Positions 8,635 through 19,128 of a stretch of 64,000 nt of DNA are shown one piece after another. A program made the position numbers and the translations under genes. The DNA is from Candidatus Latescibacterota bacterium (GTDB lineage Bacteria; Latescibacterota; UBA2968; UBA8231), in contig CBDCDC010000002.1 of assembly GCA_965215195.1 (NCBI GenBank), positions 2,400,001-2,464,000 on the forward strand. The letters run 5' to 3'. Below the pieces are notes generated by a model. That model made no database searches, was not told the DNA's origin, and worked only from the letters and a program-made list of their open reading frames with translations. Every line of letters begins with the position of its first letter. The first letter of the stretch is position 1.

Positions 8635-11523
8635 TTACGCGCTGGTCGCAACTCGCCCCCGCAAGGCCGGCAACAACCGCGTCACCTCCTCCTCCAGCAA
8701 CGCCAGCGCCTCCGCAGCGTCGGCAAACGCTTCCCCGCGCCCGATTTCCTCCAACCGATGCGCGGCCTCAGCCGTCTTCTCGGCCCCGAAAACGTGCGCC
8801 GACCCCTTGAGCGTATGCGCGGCCCGCCGCAATTCAGGGCCATCGGCGCCGGCGATGTGCGCGCGGATCTGCTGCATCAACTTGGGGCACTCGGCAAAAA
8901 ACATCTCCGCGAGCTCGCGCAGCATGGCCTCGTCGCCGCCGACGCTTTCGAGCGCGGCCTCCCACTCAAAGGGCAAATCCGCCGGCTCAAATTCACGCCT
9001 AAAGGCACTGTGAAGCCCCTCCACGGCCGCGTACAGCTCGTGCGGGCGCACGGGCTTGGCGACGTAACCGTCCATGCCGGCCGCCAAGAAGCGGTCGCGG
9101 TCGCCTTTCATGGCGTGGGCGGTCATGGCGACAATGGGGATGTGCCCGCCGGTCTGTACCTCTGCTTGGCGAATGGCGGCCGTGGCCTCTAGGCCGTCCA
9201 TGTCCGGCATTTGCACGTCCATCAGCACCACGTCAAAGGGCTGCGCAGCCACCTGCTCCACGGCCGCGCGGCCATTGTTCACTACCACGACGGAATGGCC
9301 GCGCTCTTCTAACAGCCGCACGGCCACCTGCTGGTTGATCACCCCATCCTCGGCTAAGAGGATGCGGCGGCTCTCGACCAGCTGGTCCCCGGGCGCTTCA
9401 CCGCGCCTTGAGGCGCGACCATACACCGGCGGGGCGGCTTCGAGGGCCGCGCTAATGGCCTCTAGCAGGTCGGATTGCTTGACCGGCTTGAGCAGGCTGC
9501 GGGCAATGCCCAAGGAACTCGACCGTGCGCTGTACTCGGCGCGGTCGGCCGAGGAAAGCAGCAGCACCGGCACATGGACAAACGCTGCGTTCTCGCGCAT
9601 CCTCGCTACCGTTTCTAGGCCGTCCATCCCCGGCATCATCAGATCCATCAGCACCACGTCAAAGGGCTGTTCAGCGGACTCTAAGGCCGCTATGGCAGCC
9701 GAGCCGCTCTCCACCAGCTCGACCTCCATCGCCCAGCTTTTCAGGATTTCTTCGAGAATCCGCCGATTGGTCGCATGGTCGTCGGCGACTAACACCTTTA
9801 GCCCTTGCAGGGAGACCTGATCGGTGCGCTGGGTCTCCGGCGTCCCCAGCCCCAAGCGGACCGTGCAGTAAAAGGTGCTGCCTTGGCCCTCCTCGCTCTC
9901 GACCCAGATGCGGCCCCCCATCAGCTCGACTAGCTGCTGCGAAATGGCCAAGCCCAAGCCAGAGCCGCCAAAGCGCCGCGAAGTCGAGCTATCGACTTGG
10001 CTGAACGAGTCGAATATCCGCGCCTGTTTCTCCGGCGCGATGCCGATCCCGGTGTCGCGCACCCACAGGCACAGGCAGATGTCGTCCGCCGAGGCGTCTT
10101 CTATGACTACCGCCACTTCTACTTCGCCCTCCTCGGTAAACTTGACGGCATTGCCCACCAAGTTGATCACCACTTGGCGCAAGCGGCGCGGGTCGCCGAT
10201 CAAGCGGTCGGGCACGTTCGCGGGGATGTGGCACACGAGCTCTATGTTTTTGCTCGCCGCGTGCATGGCCAGTGTCTGCACAGCGGTGCCTACCTCGTCG
10301 CGCAGGCCGAACTCGATCTTCTCCAGTGCCAAGCGGCCTGCTTCGACCTTAGAGAAGTCGAGGATGTCGTTGAGCAGGGACAGCAGGGATTCGGCCGATT
10401 GCTGCACCAAGGTCAAGTAGTTGCGCTGCTGGGATTCGAGGCGGGTGCGCCCCAAGAGCTCGGTCATGCCGATGATGCCGTTCATGGGGGTGCGGATCTC
10501 GTGGCTCATATTGGCCAAGAACGCACTCTTGGCATGGTTGGCCGCTTCGGCTTGCTCCTTGGCGTCGCGCAGGGCCTCTTGCGACTCTTCGAGTGCGAGC
10601 AGGGCCTCGTGCTCGGAATGCGCGGTTGCCGCGATTAGGTGGTATTGCTCTTGTAGCTGCTCTTCCGAGCGCCGCCTTTCCGCATCAACCCGCGAAAGCG
10701 ACGCGGCATTCCACCATATCAGCAGGGCAAAGGCCGAAATGTTGAGCAGCGTAAAGAGCGAGAGCCCAAACTCGTACCCGTAGAGGGCCTCGACCTGCAT
10801 GCGGCCCCAGTCAAGCGCGAGGGGAATGGCAAAGGCGGCCGGCAAGAGGCGGCGCGCCACCGAGCCGCCCTCGGTAGTGCTGATTATGGTGGCGATCGGC
10901 TCGCGGTGCGGCCGGGCGCAGAGCAGGCCAGCGCAGAGGATGAGGAATTCGGTCGCCGTGTCCGGGACGACCGGCACAAACCCGGAGACCCCGTAGAGCA
11001 GGAGCACGTTGTGAAAGTAGCTGCTCATCGACAAAAGCCCGATGACCGTGGCCGCGAGTACGCAGGTTTGCGGCAGATAGGCGCGGCCCCTCACCTGCAC
11101 GTCCATCAGCACCAAAGCCAAGCCTAGCAGCAAAAAGGAAAAAGCCGCATTGGGCGACATCCGATAGACGCCCAGCTTGAAGTAAAAGAGGTACGTATCG
11201 ACGCCTCGCTCCCAGTTGTACTGGTAGCCGACTAGCTTGAGCACGGCGATCAGCACCACGGTCGCCCCTAGCACTGCGCCCGCACACCGCCGCCAGCGGC
11301 TCAGGGGCTCGGCCTGCAACGACAAAAGCGCCGCGCCGGCCAAGATAAACTCCACCGCCACGAGCGGATGCGTCGCCACCCAACTGATGTGCATGAAGCT
11401 TTTGAGGTATTCGTCGTCGGCGTTCCAGCCCCACAGCACCAGTGCGCCCGAGAGCACGGTCGCGGAGGCTGCCAATCGCGCCAGCCAGCCAGCCCAGCGC
11501 AGGAAACGGGGATCGCCCCCCAT
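8635..11523 (-). CDS. Membrane-bound hybrid sensor histidine kinase (HisKA-HATPase-REC-REC-Hpt)
   Basis: Multiple TM helices, [37 protein letters not shown], two REC domains, AHTLKGS Hpt. Confidence 0.95.
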   Translation of the reverse strand: MGGDPRFLRWAGWLARLAASATVLSGALVLWGWNADDEYLKSFMHISWVATHPLVAVEFILAGAALLSLQAEPLSRWRRCAGAVLGATVVLIAVLKLVGYQYNWERGVDTYLFYFKLGVYRMSPNAAFSFLLLGLALVLMDVQVRGRAYLPQTCVLAATVIGLLSMSSYFHNVLLLYGVSGFVPVVPDTATEFLILCAGLLCARPHREPIATIISTTEGGSVARRLLPAAFAIPLALDWGRMQVEALYGYEFGLSLFTLLNISAFALLIWWNAASLSRVDAERRRSEEQLQEQYHLIAATAHSEHEALLALEESQEALRDAKEQAEAANHAKSAFLANMSHEIRTPMNGIIGMTELLGRTRLESQQRNYLTLVQQSAESLLSLLNDILDFSKVEAGRLALEKIEFGLRDEVGTAVQTLAMHAASKNIELVCHIPANVPDRLIGDPRRLRQVVINLVGNAVKFTEEGEVEVAVVIEDASADDICLCLWVRDTGIGIAPEKQARIFDSFSQVDSSTSRRFGGSGLGLAISQQLVELMGGRIWVESEEGQGSTFYCTVRLGLGTPETQRTDQVSLQGLKVLVADDHATNRRILEEILKSWAMEVELVESGSAAIAALESAEQPFDVVLMDLMMPGMDGLETVARMRENAAFVHVPVLLLSSADRAEYSARSSSLGIARSLLKPVKQSDLLEAISAALEAAPPVYGRASRRGEAPGDQLVESRRILLAEDGVINQQVAVRLLEERGHSVVVVNNGRAAVEQVAAQPFDVVLMDVQMPDMDGLEATAAIRQAEVQTGGHIPIVAMTAHAMKGDRDRFLAAGMDGYVAKPVRPHELYAAVEGLHSAFRREFEPADLPFEWEAALESVGGDEAMLRELAEMFFAECPKLMQQIRAHIAGADGPELRRAAHTLKGSAHVFGAEKTAEAAHRLEEIGRGEAFADAAEALALLEEEVTRLLPALRGRVATSA

Positions 11524-11525
11524 CG

Positions 11526-11897
11526 CTAACCCGCTACGGCCGCCCGGATAGACCGGGCCAAGCTCTCGCCATTGATCTGGGTTTTGACTAAGTAATCGCG
11601 GGCACCGGCCGCTACGGCCTCTTCGGCGAGCACTTCGTCATCGAGGCCGGTGAGGACCAATACGGGGATATGCGGGGCGGTTGCTTTGACGCGCTCGAAC
11701 GTGGCCAGCTCTTGGCTGTCGGGCAGTACTAGGTCGAGGAGAATTGCGTCAATGCCTCCGGCCTCTAGCCGCGCCAAACCGGCCGCTAAGTGATCGACCG
11801 CTTCCACGGCAAATTCCGCTTTCAGCAAGCCCTGCAACAGGCGGGCGTGAATGGGATTGTCCTCAATGAGTAGGACGGATATGGGGGCATTGGACAT
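11526..11897 (-). CDS. Single-domain response regulator
   Basis: [24 protein letters not shown]. Confidence 0.9.
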   Translation of the reverse strand: MSNAPISVLLIEDNPIHARLLQGLLKAEFAVEAVDHLAAGLARLEAGGIDAILLDLVLPDSQELATFERVKATAPHIPVLVLTGLDDEVLAEEAVAAGARDYLVKTQINGESLARSIRAAVAG

Positions 11898-11953
11898 AGC
11901 GCACCGTTCCGTTCATCACATTCGGTGGGAGGCCAAGGTGCATGAGACAGCTG

Positions 11954-12757
11954 CTAGTCGTAATTGCTCGGCACGTGGTCGCCCAAAAGCCGCCGCTGCC
12001 GCGGCGTGGCCTCGGCCAACAGGGCCGCGTCAAATTGGAATTTGTTCAGATAGGGTGGGTACTTCTGGGTGATAATGCGCTGGGCGTAGTGTACTTGGAG
12101 CAGGTAGCGCGTCTGCTCGCTCGTATTGGCCGTGCCGCGGTGCCAAACCTCGCAGCGGAACAGCACACAGTCGCCGGCCTTGCACAAGATGCTCTGCTCC
12201 TCAACGCCCTTAAAGCTGGTCTCGCCCGCTCGAGGCCGCCGACCCGCGCGGTGGCTGCCCGGCACGAAGCGAGTCGGCCCTAGCTCCTCGGTCAGGTCGT
12301 CGAGATAGTAATGGGCCGTGGTGATAAAAATCGGAATTTTTACCGCTGGGTGGTCCATGACTTCTGCGGGCAGGGTCAGGGGCTGCCAGTCGGCGTGCAG
12401 GGTTTGGTCCGGGCGGCCCGGGCCGGTCATCCAAGCCGTCATGCCGATGCAGTGGCAGTCGTCGCCGTGTACTGCCTCGACTAGGTCGATGATTTCGGGC
12501 CGGTCCAAGTACTGGGCGAAAATTGGAGCGCGGTTGAACGCGTTGTTGATGCTCTTGTTGAGAAAGCCGTGCGCGGCCGGGTCGGTGTGGCGGTCGTAGC
12601 TTTCCTCCAGCGCGGTCAGCTCGTCCATGGCTTGGCGCAACTCGGCGATCTCTTGCTCGTTGAGCACTTGGGGAAAATAGGCGTACCCGTCTTCCTTCAT
12701 CGCCTGCACATAGCCGGCTAGATCGGGCCGCGCCACCAGCGGCAACGCCGTTGTCAT
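11954..12757 (-). CDS. PhyH-family dioxygenase
   Basis: EDGYAYF, LHAD, GPTRFVPGSH, WHRG; ATG at 12757 after GAGGA. Confidence 0.88.
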   Translation of the reverse strand: MTTALPLVARPDLAGYVQAMKEDGYAYFPQVLNEQEIAELRQAMDELTALEESYDRHTDPAAHGFLNKSINNAFNRAPIFAQYLDRPEIIDLVEAVHGDDCHCIGMTAWMTGPGRPDQTLHADWQPLTLPAEVMDHPAVKIPIFITTAHYYLDDLTEELGPTRFVPGSHRAGRRPRAGETSFKGVEEQSILCKAGDCVLFRCEVWHRGTANTSEQTRYLLQVHYAQRIITQKYPPYLNKFQFDAALLAEATPRQRRLLGDHVPSNYD

Positions 12758-12812
12758 AGCTGTATTCCTCTTTTGAGGATTGCCCGCGACGCTACTTTCC
12801 ACTTTGCTCGGC

Positions 12813-13265
12813 CTAGGGAGCATTTTCACTGAGCGAAACGCCTAGAATATCGGCGACGCGAAACAGCGACAGCTCTTCCTCTTCGCTCGTCCGGTCGGCC
12901 AGAAACGCATCCTCGCCCGAGGCCTCAGCCACCCTGCGCCCGACAAAGACCAGCATTTTTTTGAAGGCAACCGCACTCTCCTTGGCCGCCTTGCGGTCCA
13001 AGATATCCGCCGTCTGCGCCAACCCGTTTGCCATACCGCGCGCATCCACCTTGAATCCAGTGAAAAGCTCTTCGTCGCGCTGCATGTCGCGGAACACCTC
13101 CCGCACCAACGGCTCCCGGTAGAGGTCGCCTCCCTCCACCTCGCCGGCTAGGGCGGCCATCTCGTCTTCGTCGATGGTCGCGTCGGCCGAGGCCACCGCG
13201 GCAAAGACCCACAGCGGCGCGTATTTCAAGGTCTGCCACTCTACCGTCTCGAACTGCTCTCGCAT
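12813..13265 (-). CDS. Hypothetical helical protein (possibly TerB-like)
   Basis: RBS-preceded ATG; 'VASADATIDEDE', 'VAEASG...SEEE...VADILG'. Confidence 0.6.
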   Translation of the reverse strand: MREQFETVEWQTLKYAPLWVFAAVASADATIDEDEMAALAGEVEGGDLYREPLVREVFRDMQRDEELFTGFKVDARGMANGLAQTADILDRKAAKESAVAFKKMLVFVGRRVAEASGEDAFLADRTSEEEELSLFRVADILGVSLSENAP

Positions 13266-13281
13266 CCTTTTCCTTTCAGCG

Positions 13282-13316
13282 AAAAAAAGCCCTGCCGACA
13301 AATGTAGACAGGGCTT
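13282..13316 (-). terminator. Probable intrinsic terminator after nfuA
   Basis: agccctg...cagggct stem followed by a T-run on the minus strand. Confidence 0.6.
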
Positions 13317-13332
13317 CAAGAACTAGTGGTGC

Positions 13333-13902
13333 CTAGTAATACGGGTTTTCTCCCGAGGCGTGATCCGTCGCATCGACCACTTCCTCCACCTCGGGCACTG
13401 CTTCCTTGAGCATGCGAATGATGCCCTGTTTGAGCGTCACATCGGCTTGGCCACAGCCCTGACAGCCCCCGCCCATCTGCACGAAGACCGTGTTGCCCTT
13501 GATATCTACTAAGGTCACTATGCCGCCGTGCGCGGCCACGCCCGGGTTGATTTGGGTTTCGATGACGCGGTGGACGGCCTCGGCCACCGGGCCGCTCAGG
13601 TGCGCGGGCATCTTGCGCGGGCGCTCGATCTTGAAACCCGAACCCATAAGCCCATCCACGTAATCCACCTTGGCTTCCGCCAACAGATCGGCGCTTTCGG
13701 GGTCCATGTACACGTCAAAGCCCGCAAACTGGGCAACCTGATCGTCGCTGCCTACCTGCTGGTCGGATATGAATGCCAGCTTGTAGTCAACCTGCTTGAC
13801 CGGGTCGAGGCGAGCGCCGATGCGCAGGCCCTTGACCGGCTTTTCGCTCTCGGCGACTAAGGTGGCGATTTTCTGTTCTGCTGCGGCGGTAATGGTAATC
13901 AT
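13333..13902 (-). CDS. nfuA: Fe-S biogenesis protein NfuA (degenerate A-type domain + NifU domain)
   Basis: MITITAAA, INPGVAAHGG, GGGCQGCG, DATDHASGENPYY. Confidence 0.92.
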   Translation of the reverse strand: MITITAAAEQKIATLVAESEKPVKGLRIGARLDPVKQVDYKLAFISDQQVGSDDQVAQFAGFDVYMDPESADLLAEAKVDYVDGLMGSGFKIERPRKMPAHLSGPVAEAVHRVIETQINPGVAAHGGIVTLVDIKGNTVFVQMGGGCQGCGQADVTLKQGIIRMLKEAVPEVEEVVDATDHASGENPYY

Positions 13903-13973
13903 GGTCTGTCCTCCATTGGGGCGTCCTGTTTGATAATACCGAGACAGTGGGCTGCGGCGCAAGCGGCCCATTC

Positions 13974-16499
13974 CTAAAACCGAGGGTCAACCGGCTCGCT
14001 TTCCAAGGCCAAGACCCCAAAGACGCATTCGTGTACCCGGCGCAGGGGCTGCCCGGCGACAAACCGCTCCAAGCCCTCCACCCCCAGCGCGAATTCCCGC
14101 AGTGCCAACGTCTGCTTGCCCTTGAGGTTGCGGCGGCGCAAAAGCGCTAGGCGCTCTGTGTACTCAGGCCCGTAGATCAGCCGCAGATATTCGCGGCCCC
14201 GGCACTTGAGCGCCGGCTGGACGAGGCCGCGCCCGCCTGTGCAGACGAAGTCCAAGGGCTTGGCGACCAAGCCCTCGCTGCCGCTGGCGGTCAGCTTCTC
14301 CCACCAGCGGACTAGTTCGCTGCTGCTGTGCATGTCGTCCAAAACCACTCGCCGGCGCTCTATCGCGCACAGCAACTCCGGCTCGACCGCGCAGAGCTCG
14401 TCCAAGGTCTCTAAGTGCCACGCATGGGTCTGATTGACGTGAACCTGCCCCTCCGTGGCCAAGAGGTGGAAAGGGGCCACTTTGAGATCCTCGAGCGAGC
14501 GCACCGGCCAGCAATAGGGGCGATAGGCCGCTGCGTAGCGCGCCGCGGACTCGGCCCGGCCGCGGCAACGGCTCAACAGCTCGCCCACGGCCACGCCCCG
14601 CGCGGCCGCCTGCTCCAGCGCATCCACGGCCCCTGCCAGCGACACGCGCGCGGCCGCGCCGACCGCTGCGTATTGATCTTCGACTAGCTGCTGCGCCTTG
14701 GCCGACCAAGGCATGATCTCGGCGTCGAGTATGGCCCAGTCCGTCGCCAGCGCACTCCACAGCTTGCTGCGCTCAAAGGCCCGGCGCACGTGGTCCAAGA
14801 GGCCCGCTTCCAAGCCTGCATCCACAAAGAAGCGGCGGCCCGTGCGCGTGTAGCAGATGCCGGCGCGGCCGTCGTCTATTCCAAAGCGCCGCTGCGCAGT
14901 TGCCGGGTTGCGGCAGACGACCAGCACGGCCCGCGAGCCCATCTGCTTCTCCTCGCAGACGAGCTCGCGCACGCCGCAGCCGCGATAGTACGCTAAGACC
15001 TCGTCCGGATGTTCGAGCAGGTCCGGGCGGGTGCTGGTTCGGGGCGGGGCCATCGTCGGCGGCAAATAGACCAACCACCGGTGATCAACGGCAAAGCGGC
15101 TCATCACCTCTAGCGCCGCAGCCGCCCGCTCCGCATGGACGGTAACTCGGCCCATCAACCGCGTCTCCACGCGCCGCTTCCCGGCCACATCCGCTAAGTC
15201 GAGCATATCGTCGTTCGCCGGTTGTACCGCCAAGGGGCGGACCGGGTCGGCGTACTGGGCCTTAGCCGGGACGGATACGAGTTCCAGCTCGGGATAGCGC
15301 AGTGCCGTTAGCGCACCGCCAAAGACGCAACCAGTGTCGATGTTGATCGCGTTGTTGATCCACTCCGGCCGCGCCACAGGCGTGTGGCCATAGACGACGC
15401 GGGCGCGGCCCCGATACTCGGCCGCCCAATCGCGGCGCACCGGCAAGCCAAACTCGTCCTCCTCGCCGGTGGGATCTCCGTACAGGGCAAACGCCCGCAC
15501 GGCCCCGGAGGCGCGGCCGGCCATTTCCTCCTTCATGCCAGCGTGTGCTACCACCAGCGCACCCCGGTCGAGGACGTAGTGGCTGACTAGGCTGCCGAGA
15601 AAGGTCTCGACTTTTTTCTCGAACTCCGCGGTCTCGCCGGCGAGCTGGGCGAGCGTCTCCTCCAAGCCGTGTGTGCGTTGGACCTTTCTGCCCTGCAAGG
15701 CCCGCACCAAGCGCGCGTCGTGGTTGCCCGGTACGCACAGGGCCGAGCCCGACTCCACCATGCGCATGACCAGCGCGAGGACGCCGGGGGCATTGGGGCC
15801 GCGGTCCACCAAATCGCCGACAAAAACGGCCTTGCGCCCCGGCGGCGGCTCCACCTTTTCTCCTGCGATGCGATACCCCAGCCGGGCGAGCAGGGCTTCG
15901 AGTTCGGCGCAACACCCGTGTACATCGCCGATGATGTCAAACGGACCGCGCTCCTCGCGGCGGTCGGGCCACAGCTTCTCCCGCACCACTTCGACCCGCG
16001 CCACCTCTGCGGGCGTGCGCAGCGCAAAGGTGCGGCGAAAGCCCTCGCGCTTGAGGCCCTTGAGGCCGCGGCGCAACTGGCGGTGTTGCCGGGGGATCAC
16101 GTGGGGGGGCAAGTCGCGGTCTGTGCGCATGGCCGCGCGCTCTTCGCAGAGCACCCGGGGGAGGTCGAAGACAATGGCCACCGGCTGGGCGTGGTAGCGC
16201 TTGGCCAGCGCAACCAGCGGCTTGCGCGCCTCGGGCTGGACGTTGGTTGCATCGACCACGGTCAAAAGGCCCCGCGCCAAGCGGCGGGCGGCGACAAAGT
16301 GCAGGGCGGCAAACGCATCGTCCGTGGCCTCTAAGCTGTTTTCGTCGTCGGCGACCAAGGCGCGAAAAGAGTCCGCGGAAAGCACTTGGCTCCGGGGGAA
16401 GTGCTCGCGGGCAAAGGTCGATTTGCCCGCGCTAGAGACGCCGATTAGCACTACCAGCGAGAGGTCGGGTATGGAGAGGCGGATTTTTTCGTCAGCCAC
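13974..16499 (-). CDS. pnkp: Bacterial polynucleotide kinase-phosphatase-ligase Pnkp
   Basis: P-loop GVSSAGKST, VDATN; metallophosphoesterase GDVHG/GDLVDRG/GNHD/GHTP; ligase EEKQMGSR, EGLVAKP, KCRGREYLR; ends EPVDPRF. Confidence 0.95.
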   Translation of the reverse strand: MADEKIRLSIPDLSLVVLIGVSSAGKSTFAREHFPRSQVLSADSFRALVADDENSLEATDDAFAALHFVAARRLARGLLTVVDATNVQPEARKPLVALAKRYHAQPVAIVFDLPRVLCEERAAMRTDRDLPPHVIPRQHRQLRRGLKGLKREGFRRTFALRTPAEVARVEVVREKLWPDRREERGPFDIIGDVHGCCAELEALLARLGYRIAGEKVEPPPGRKAVFVGDLVDRGPNAPGVLALVMRMVESGSALCVPGNHDARLVRALQGRKVQRTHGLEETLAQLAGETAEFEKKVETFLGSLVSHYVLDRGALVVAHAGMKEEMAGRASGAVRAFALYGDPTGEEDEFGLPVRRDWAAEYRGRARVVYGHTPVARPEWINNAINIDTGCVFGGALTALRYPELELVSVPAKAQYADPVRPLAVQPANDDMLDLADVAGKRRVETRLMGRVTVHAERAAAALEVMSRFAVDHRWLVYLPPTMAPPRTSTRPDLLEHPDEVLAYYRGCGVRELVCEEKQMGSRAVLVVCRNPATAQRRFGIDDGRAGICYTRTGRRFFVDAGLEAGLLDHVRRAFERSKLWSALATDWAILDAEIMPWSAKAQQLVEDQYAAVGAAARVSLAGAVDALEQAAARGVAVGELLSRCRGRAESAARYAAAYRPYCWPVRSLEDLKVAPFHLLATEGQVHVNQTHAWHLETLDELCAVEPELLCAIERRRVVLDDMHSSSELVRWWEKLTASGSEGLVAKPLDFVCTGGRGLVQPALKCRGREYLRLIYGPEYTERLALLRRRNLKGKQTLALREFALGVEGLERFVAGQPLRRVHECVFGVLALESEPVDPRF

Positions 16500-17871
16500 G
16501 AGGGGCCTCCGCAGAAAAAATCGCCATTTGCGTCGGCGCACCTAGCTCGGGGTCCTCCGGGCCGACGGGCGCGACGCGCACGGCATAGCCATGGCGTTGC
16601 CCCACCCCCTCGGCCCACGCCCCAAATTCCGCTCGCCGCCACTCAAAGCGGTGGTCGGGATGGCGGAATGCACCGGCCGGCAGCGCGGCCCAATGGGCGT
16701 TGTACTCGGCGTTGGGAGTGGTTATCACGACCGTAGCGGGACGGGCGAACTCGAACACGGCCCGCTCGCAGGCCCGTAGCTGCGGCGGATCCAAATGCTC
16801 GACGACCTCCACCAATGCTGCGGCGTCGTACCCGCTCAAGCGGGCGTCGCGATAGGCCAGCGACCCCTGGAACACCGCAACCTGTTCGCCGCCGGGCAGC
16901 CTCGTTAGCCGCTGGCGCGCCCGCGACAGGGCTTGCGGCGACACATCCATCCCGGCCACTTCGGCGAACTGGGCTTCCGCTGCCAACAGCGCGAGCAACC
17001 GTCCCTCCCCACAGCCGAGGTCCAGCACCCGCCGCGCACCGCTCGCCTTGAGCACCTCAAACACGGCGGCCAAGCGCTGCTGGTTCAAGCTCAGCTCCGC
17101 TTCGAGTGCCTCTTCGCCGGCGTGATTTTCGGCCTCCCCTCCTTCCTCTGCCAAAAGCCGCGACAGGGCGGCCTTCTTCAGACCTCGCTGGTGCTTTAGG
17201 TAGCGCTCGACGACTAGGTCGCGCAGCGGGTGGCCGGCCAGCCACTCCCCGCCTCGCCGCATCAGCTTGTCGATCTCTTCCTCGCCCACGTAGTAGTGCT
17301 TCTCGTCGTCGAGCACGGGTATCAGCACGTACAGGTGCGCCAGCACTTCTTTTAATGGCCGCACGCACTGTAGCTCGACCTCGTAATAGGGGCTTTTTCC
17401 CCACTCTAAAAAATGTTCGTCGAGCAAGAAGCCCCTCGCCTGCACCGCATATCCCAACGGCTCAAAAAGGCCGTGCAACAAGTCCTTGCCCCCTCGGCAG
17501 GGCAAGGCGCTAACGCCGACTCGCAGCGGCAGGGCCTTTTCTGCTAGCTCGGCCCGTTCTCGGCACTGTCCGTTCAAGGCCGAGGTAAGCACTCGGGCAA
17601 TGGCTACACTAAGAAAAGAAGAGGCCGAGTACGGACGGTCGTTGACATACGACGCCAGCGCGAAGCCCGGAGATGCCGAGCGCCGCTTGAGCGCGGTTGG
17701 ATCTACGTCGAGGAGCAACGCGGCCGTGCATCGCTCAGACGAGGCTTCTACATAGAAGACGTGCGCCGTTCCAAAGGGCAGGTCGAAGGCTTGGGCGCGG
17801 CCCGGGTGCTTGTGCAGGAGATAGCCCAAGTCCGTGGCGGGTCGATGGGTTGTGGAGATCGTCAGGAGCAT
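16492..17871 (-). CDS. hen1: 3'-terminal RNA ribose 2'-O-methyltransferase Hen1
   Basis: ATDLGYLLHKHP, YVNDRPY, DLGCGEG, VEVVEHL, FRHPDHRFEW; overlaps the pnkp start. Confidence 0.95.
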   Translation of the reverse strand: MLLTISTTHRPATDLGYLLHKHPGRAQAFDLPFGTAHVFYVEASSERCTAALLLDVDPTALKRRSASPGFALASYVNDRPYSASSFLSVAIARVLTSALNGQCRERAELAEKALPLRVGVSALPCRGGKDLLHGLFEPLGYAVQARGFLLDEHFLEWGKSPYYEVELQCVRPLKEVLAHLYVLIPVLDDEKHYYVGEEEIDKLMRRGGEWLAGHPLRDLVVERYLKHQRGLKKAALSRLLAEEGGEAENHAGEEALEAELSLNQQRLAAVFEVLKASGARRVLDLGCGEGRLLALLAAEAQFAEVAGMDVSPQALSRARQRLTRLPGGEQVAVFQGSLAYRDARLSGYDAAALVEVVEHLDPPQLRACERAVFEFARPATVVITTPNAEYNAHWAALPAGAFRHPDHRFEWRRAEFGAWAEGVGQRHGYAVRVAPVGPEDPELGAPTQMAIFSAEAPRG

Positions 17872-18134
17872 GGATCATCGCTCAAATGGCTCAATGTAGA
17901 AACGAACCATAAGGAAATCATGTCAACCCCGTTCCATTGCTGGATCCGCAGAGCAAGATGCTCTGGAGCACCATTAGTTAGGTAGCGATCATACGCCGCT
18001 TCGCTCTTAAAGGGCGGACACAGACTGCGGGCCTTGTGCCAGCCGCGGGTTGCTATTTTCTTTGAGCGGCCAGCGATTCGCCTGTGCCGAGGAATCCCGC
18101 CCACATTCTCTTAGAGTGACGGAAAATAAGCACC

Positions 18135-19103
18135 ATGTGCCAGAAACGGAACCAGCCCATCAGCGGGTATGTTTTCTTAGGCATTACCTGCCTGGTGACA
18201 ATGGTCGCCTGCATCGAAGAAGATCCGATAAGCCCACTGGTCGAACAATGCCAGGAACGGGAACAAGTCCCGCAAGAAGTACTAGACCCACGGGCGCGGC
18301 AAATTAGGTACGTCGGCGACATCTTTCGCGACTGTCCAAGTTGCCCGGAGATGGTCGTCCTGCCCGGCGGTTCCTTCCTGATGGGTTCCCCTCTAGAAGT
18401 TTGGAGCTCTTCCGAGGAGCGGCCCCATCACCCGGTGACGATTGCAGAGCCCTTGGCCGTGGGGCGCTACGAAGTGACCTTCGATGAGTGGGACGCCTGC
18501 GTGGCCGAAGGCGGCTGTGCCTGCTATGAGCCCGAAGACAACGACTGGGGCCGGGGCCGCCGTCCGGTGATCAATGTGAGTTGGGAGGACGCCCAAGACT
18601 ATCTCTACTGGCTCGGCCAAAAGACCGGCAAACCATACCGCCTGCTGAGCGAAGCCGAGTGGGAATACGCGGTTCGGGCCGGAACCACCACGGCGTATTA
18701 CTGGGGGGATTACGACAAGAGGGGGCGCGATGCGATCTGTGCCTATGCGAACGTGGGCGAGAGTGCCTTCGACTGCGATGGAGAAGAGAAAACCCTGCCC
18801 GTCGGGTCGTTTCGCCCCAACCCCTTCGGCCTGTACGACATGATCGGCAACGTCCAGGAGTGGACCGCCGACTGCTGGAACGACACCTACGACGGGGGCC
18901 CGGCCGACGGGCGCGCTTGGCAGCAGGGCGATTGCACCTTGCGCGTCACGCGCGGGCGCTCGTTCTATTGGGAAGATCGCTATTCGGCTGACTTTCGTTC
19001 TGCCGCGCGCCATACGGCTCGGCCCGGTTGGAGAGAGACCTACATTGGCTTCCGGGTGGCCCGGGCGATGACCGTGGCACAGCCTCTCGTCCCCTTGGAG
19101 TGA
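18135..19103 (+). CDS. FGE-sulfatase (SUMF1/CLec-fold) domain lipoprotein
   Basis: Lipobox-like MVAC; FRDCPSCPEMV, RPVINVSW, RLLSEAEWEYA, PNPFGLYDMIGNVQEW, IGFRVAR. Confidence 0.92.
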   Translation: MCQKRNQPISGYVFLGITCLVTMVACIEEDPISPLVEQCQEREQVPQEVLDPRARQIRYVGDIFRDCPSCPEMVVLPGGSFLMGSPLEVWSSSEERPHHPVTIAEPLAVGRYEVTFDEWDACVAEGGCACYEPEDNDWGRGRRPVINVSWEDAQDYLYWLGQKTGKPYRLLSEAEWEYAVRAGTTTAYYWGDYDKRGRDAICAYANVGESAFDCDGEEKTLPVGSFRPNPFGLYDMIGNVQEWTADCWNDTYDGGPADGRAWQQGDCTLRVTRGRSFYWEDRYSADFRSAARHTARPGWRETYIGFRVARAMTVAQPLVPLE

Positions 19104-19128
19104 TGGTAAAGAGATCGTACCCTTTTTG

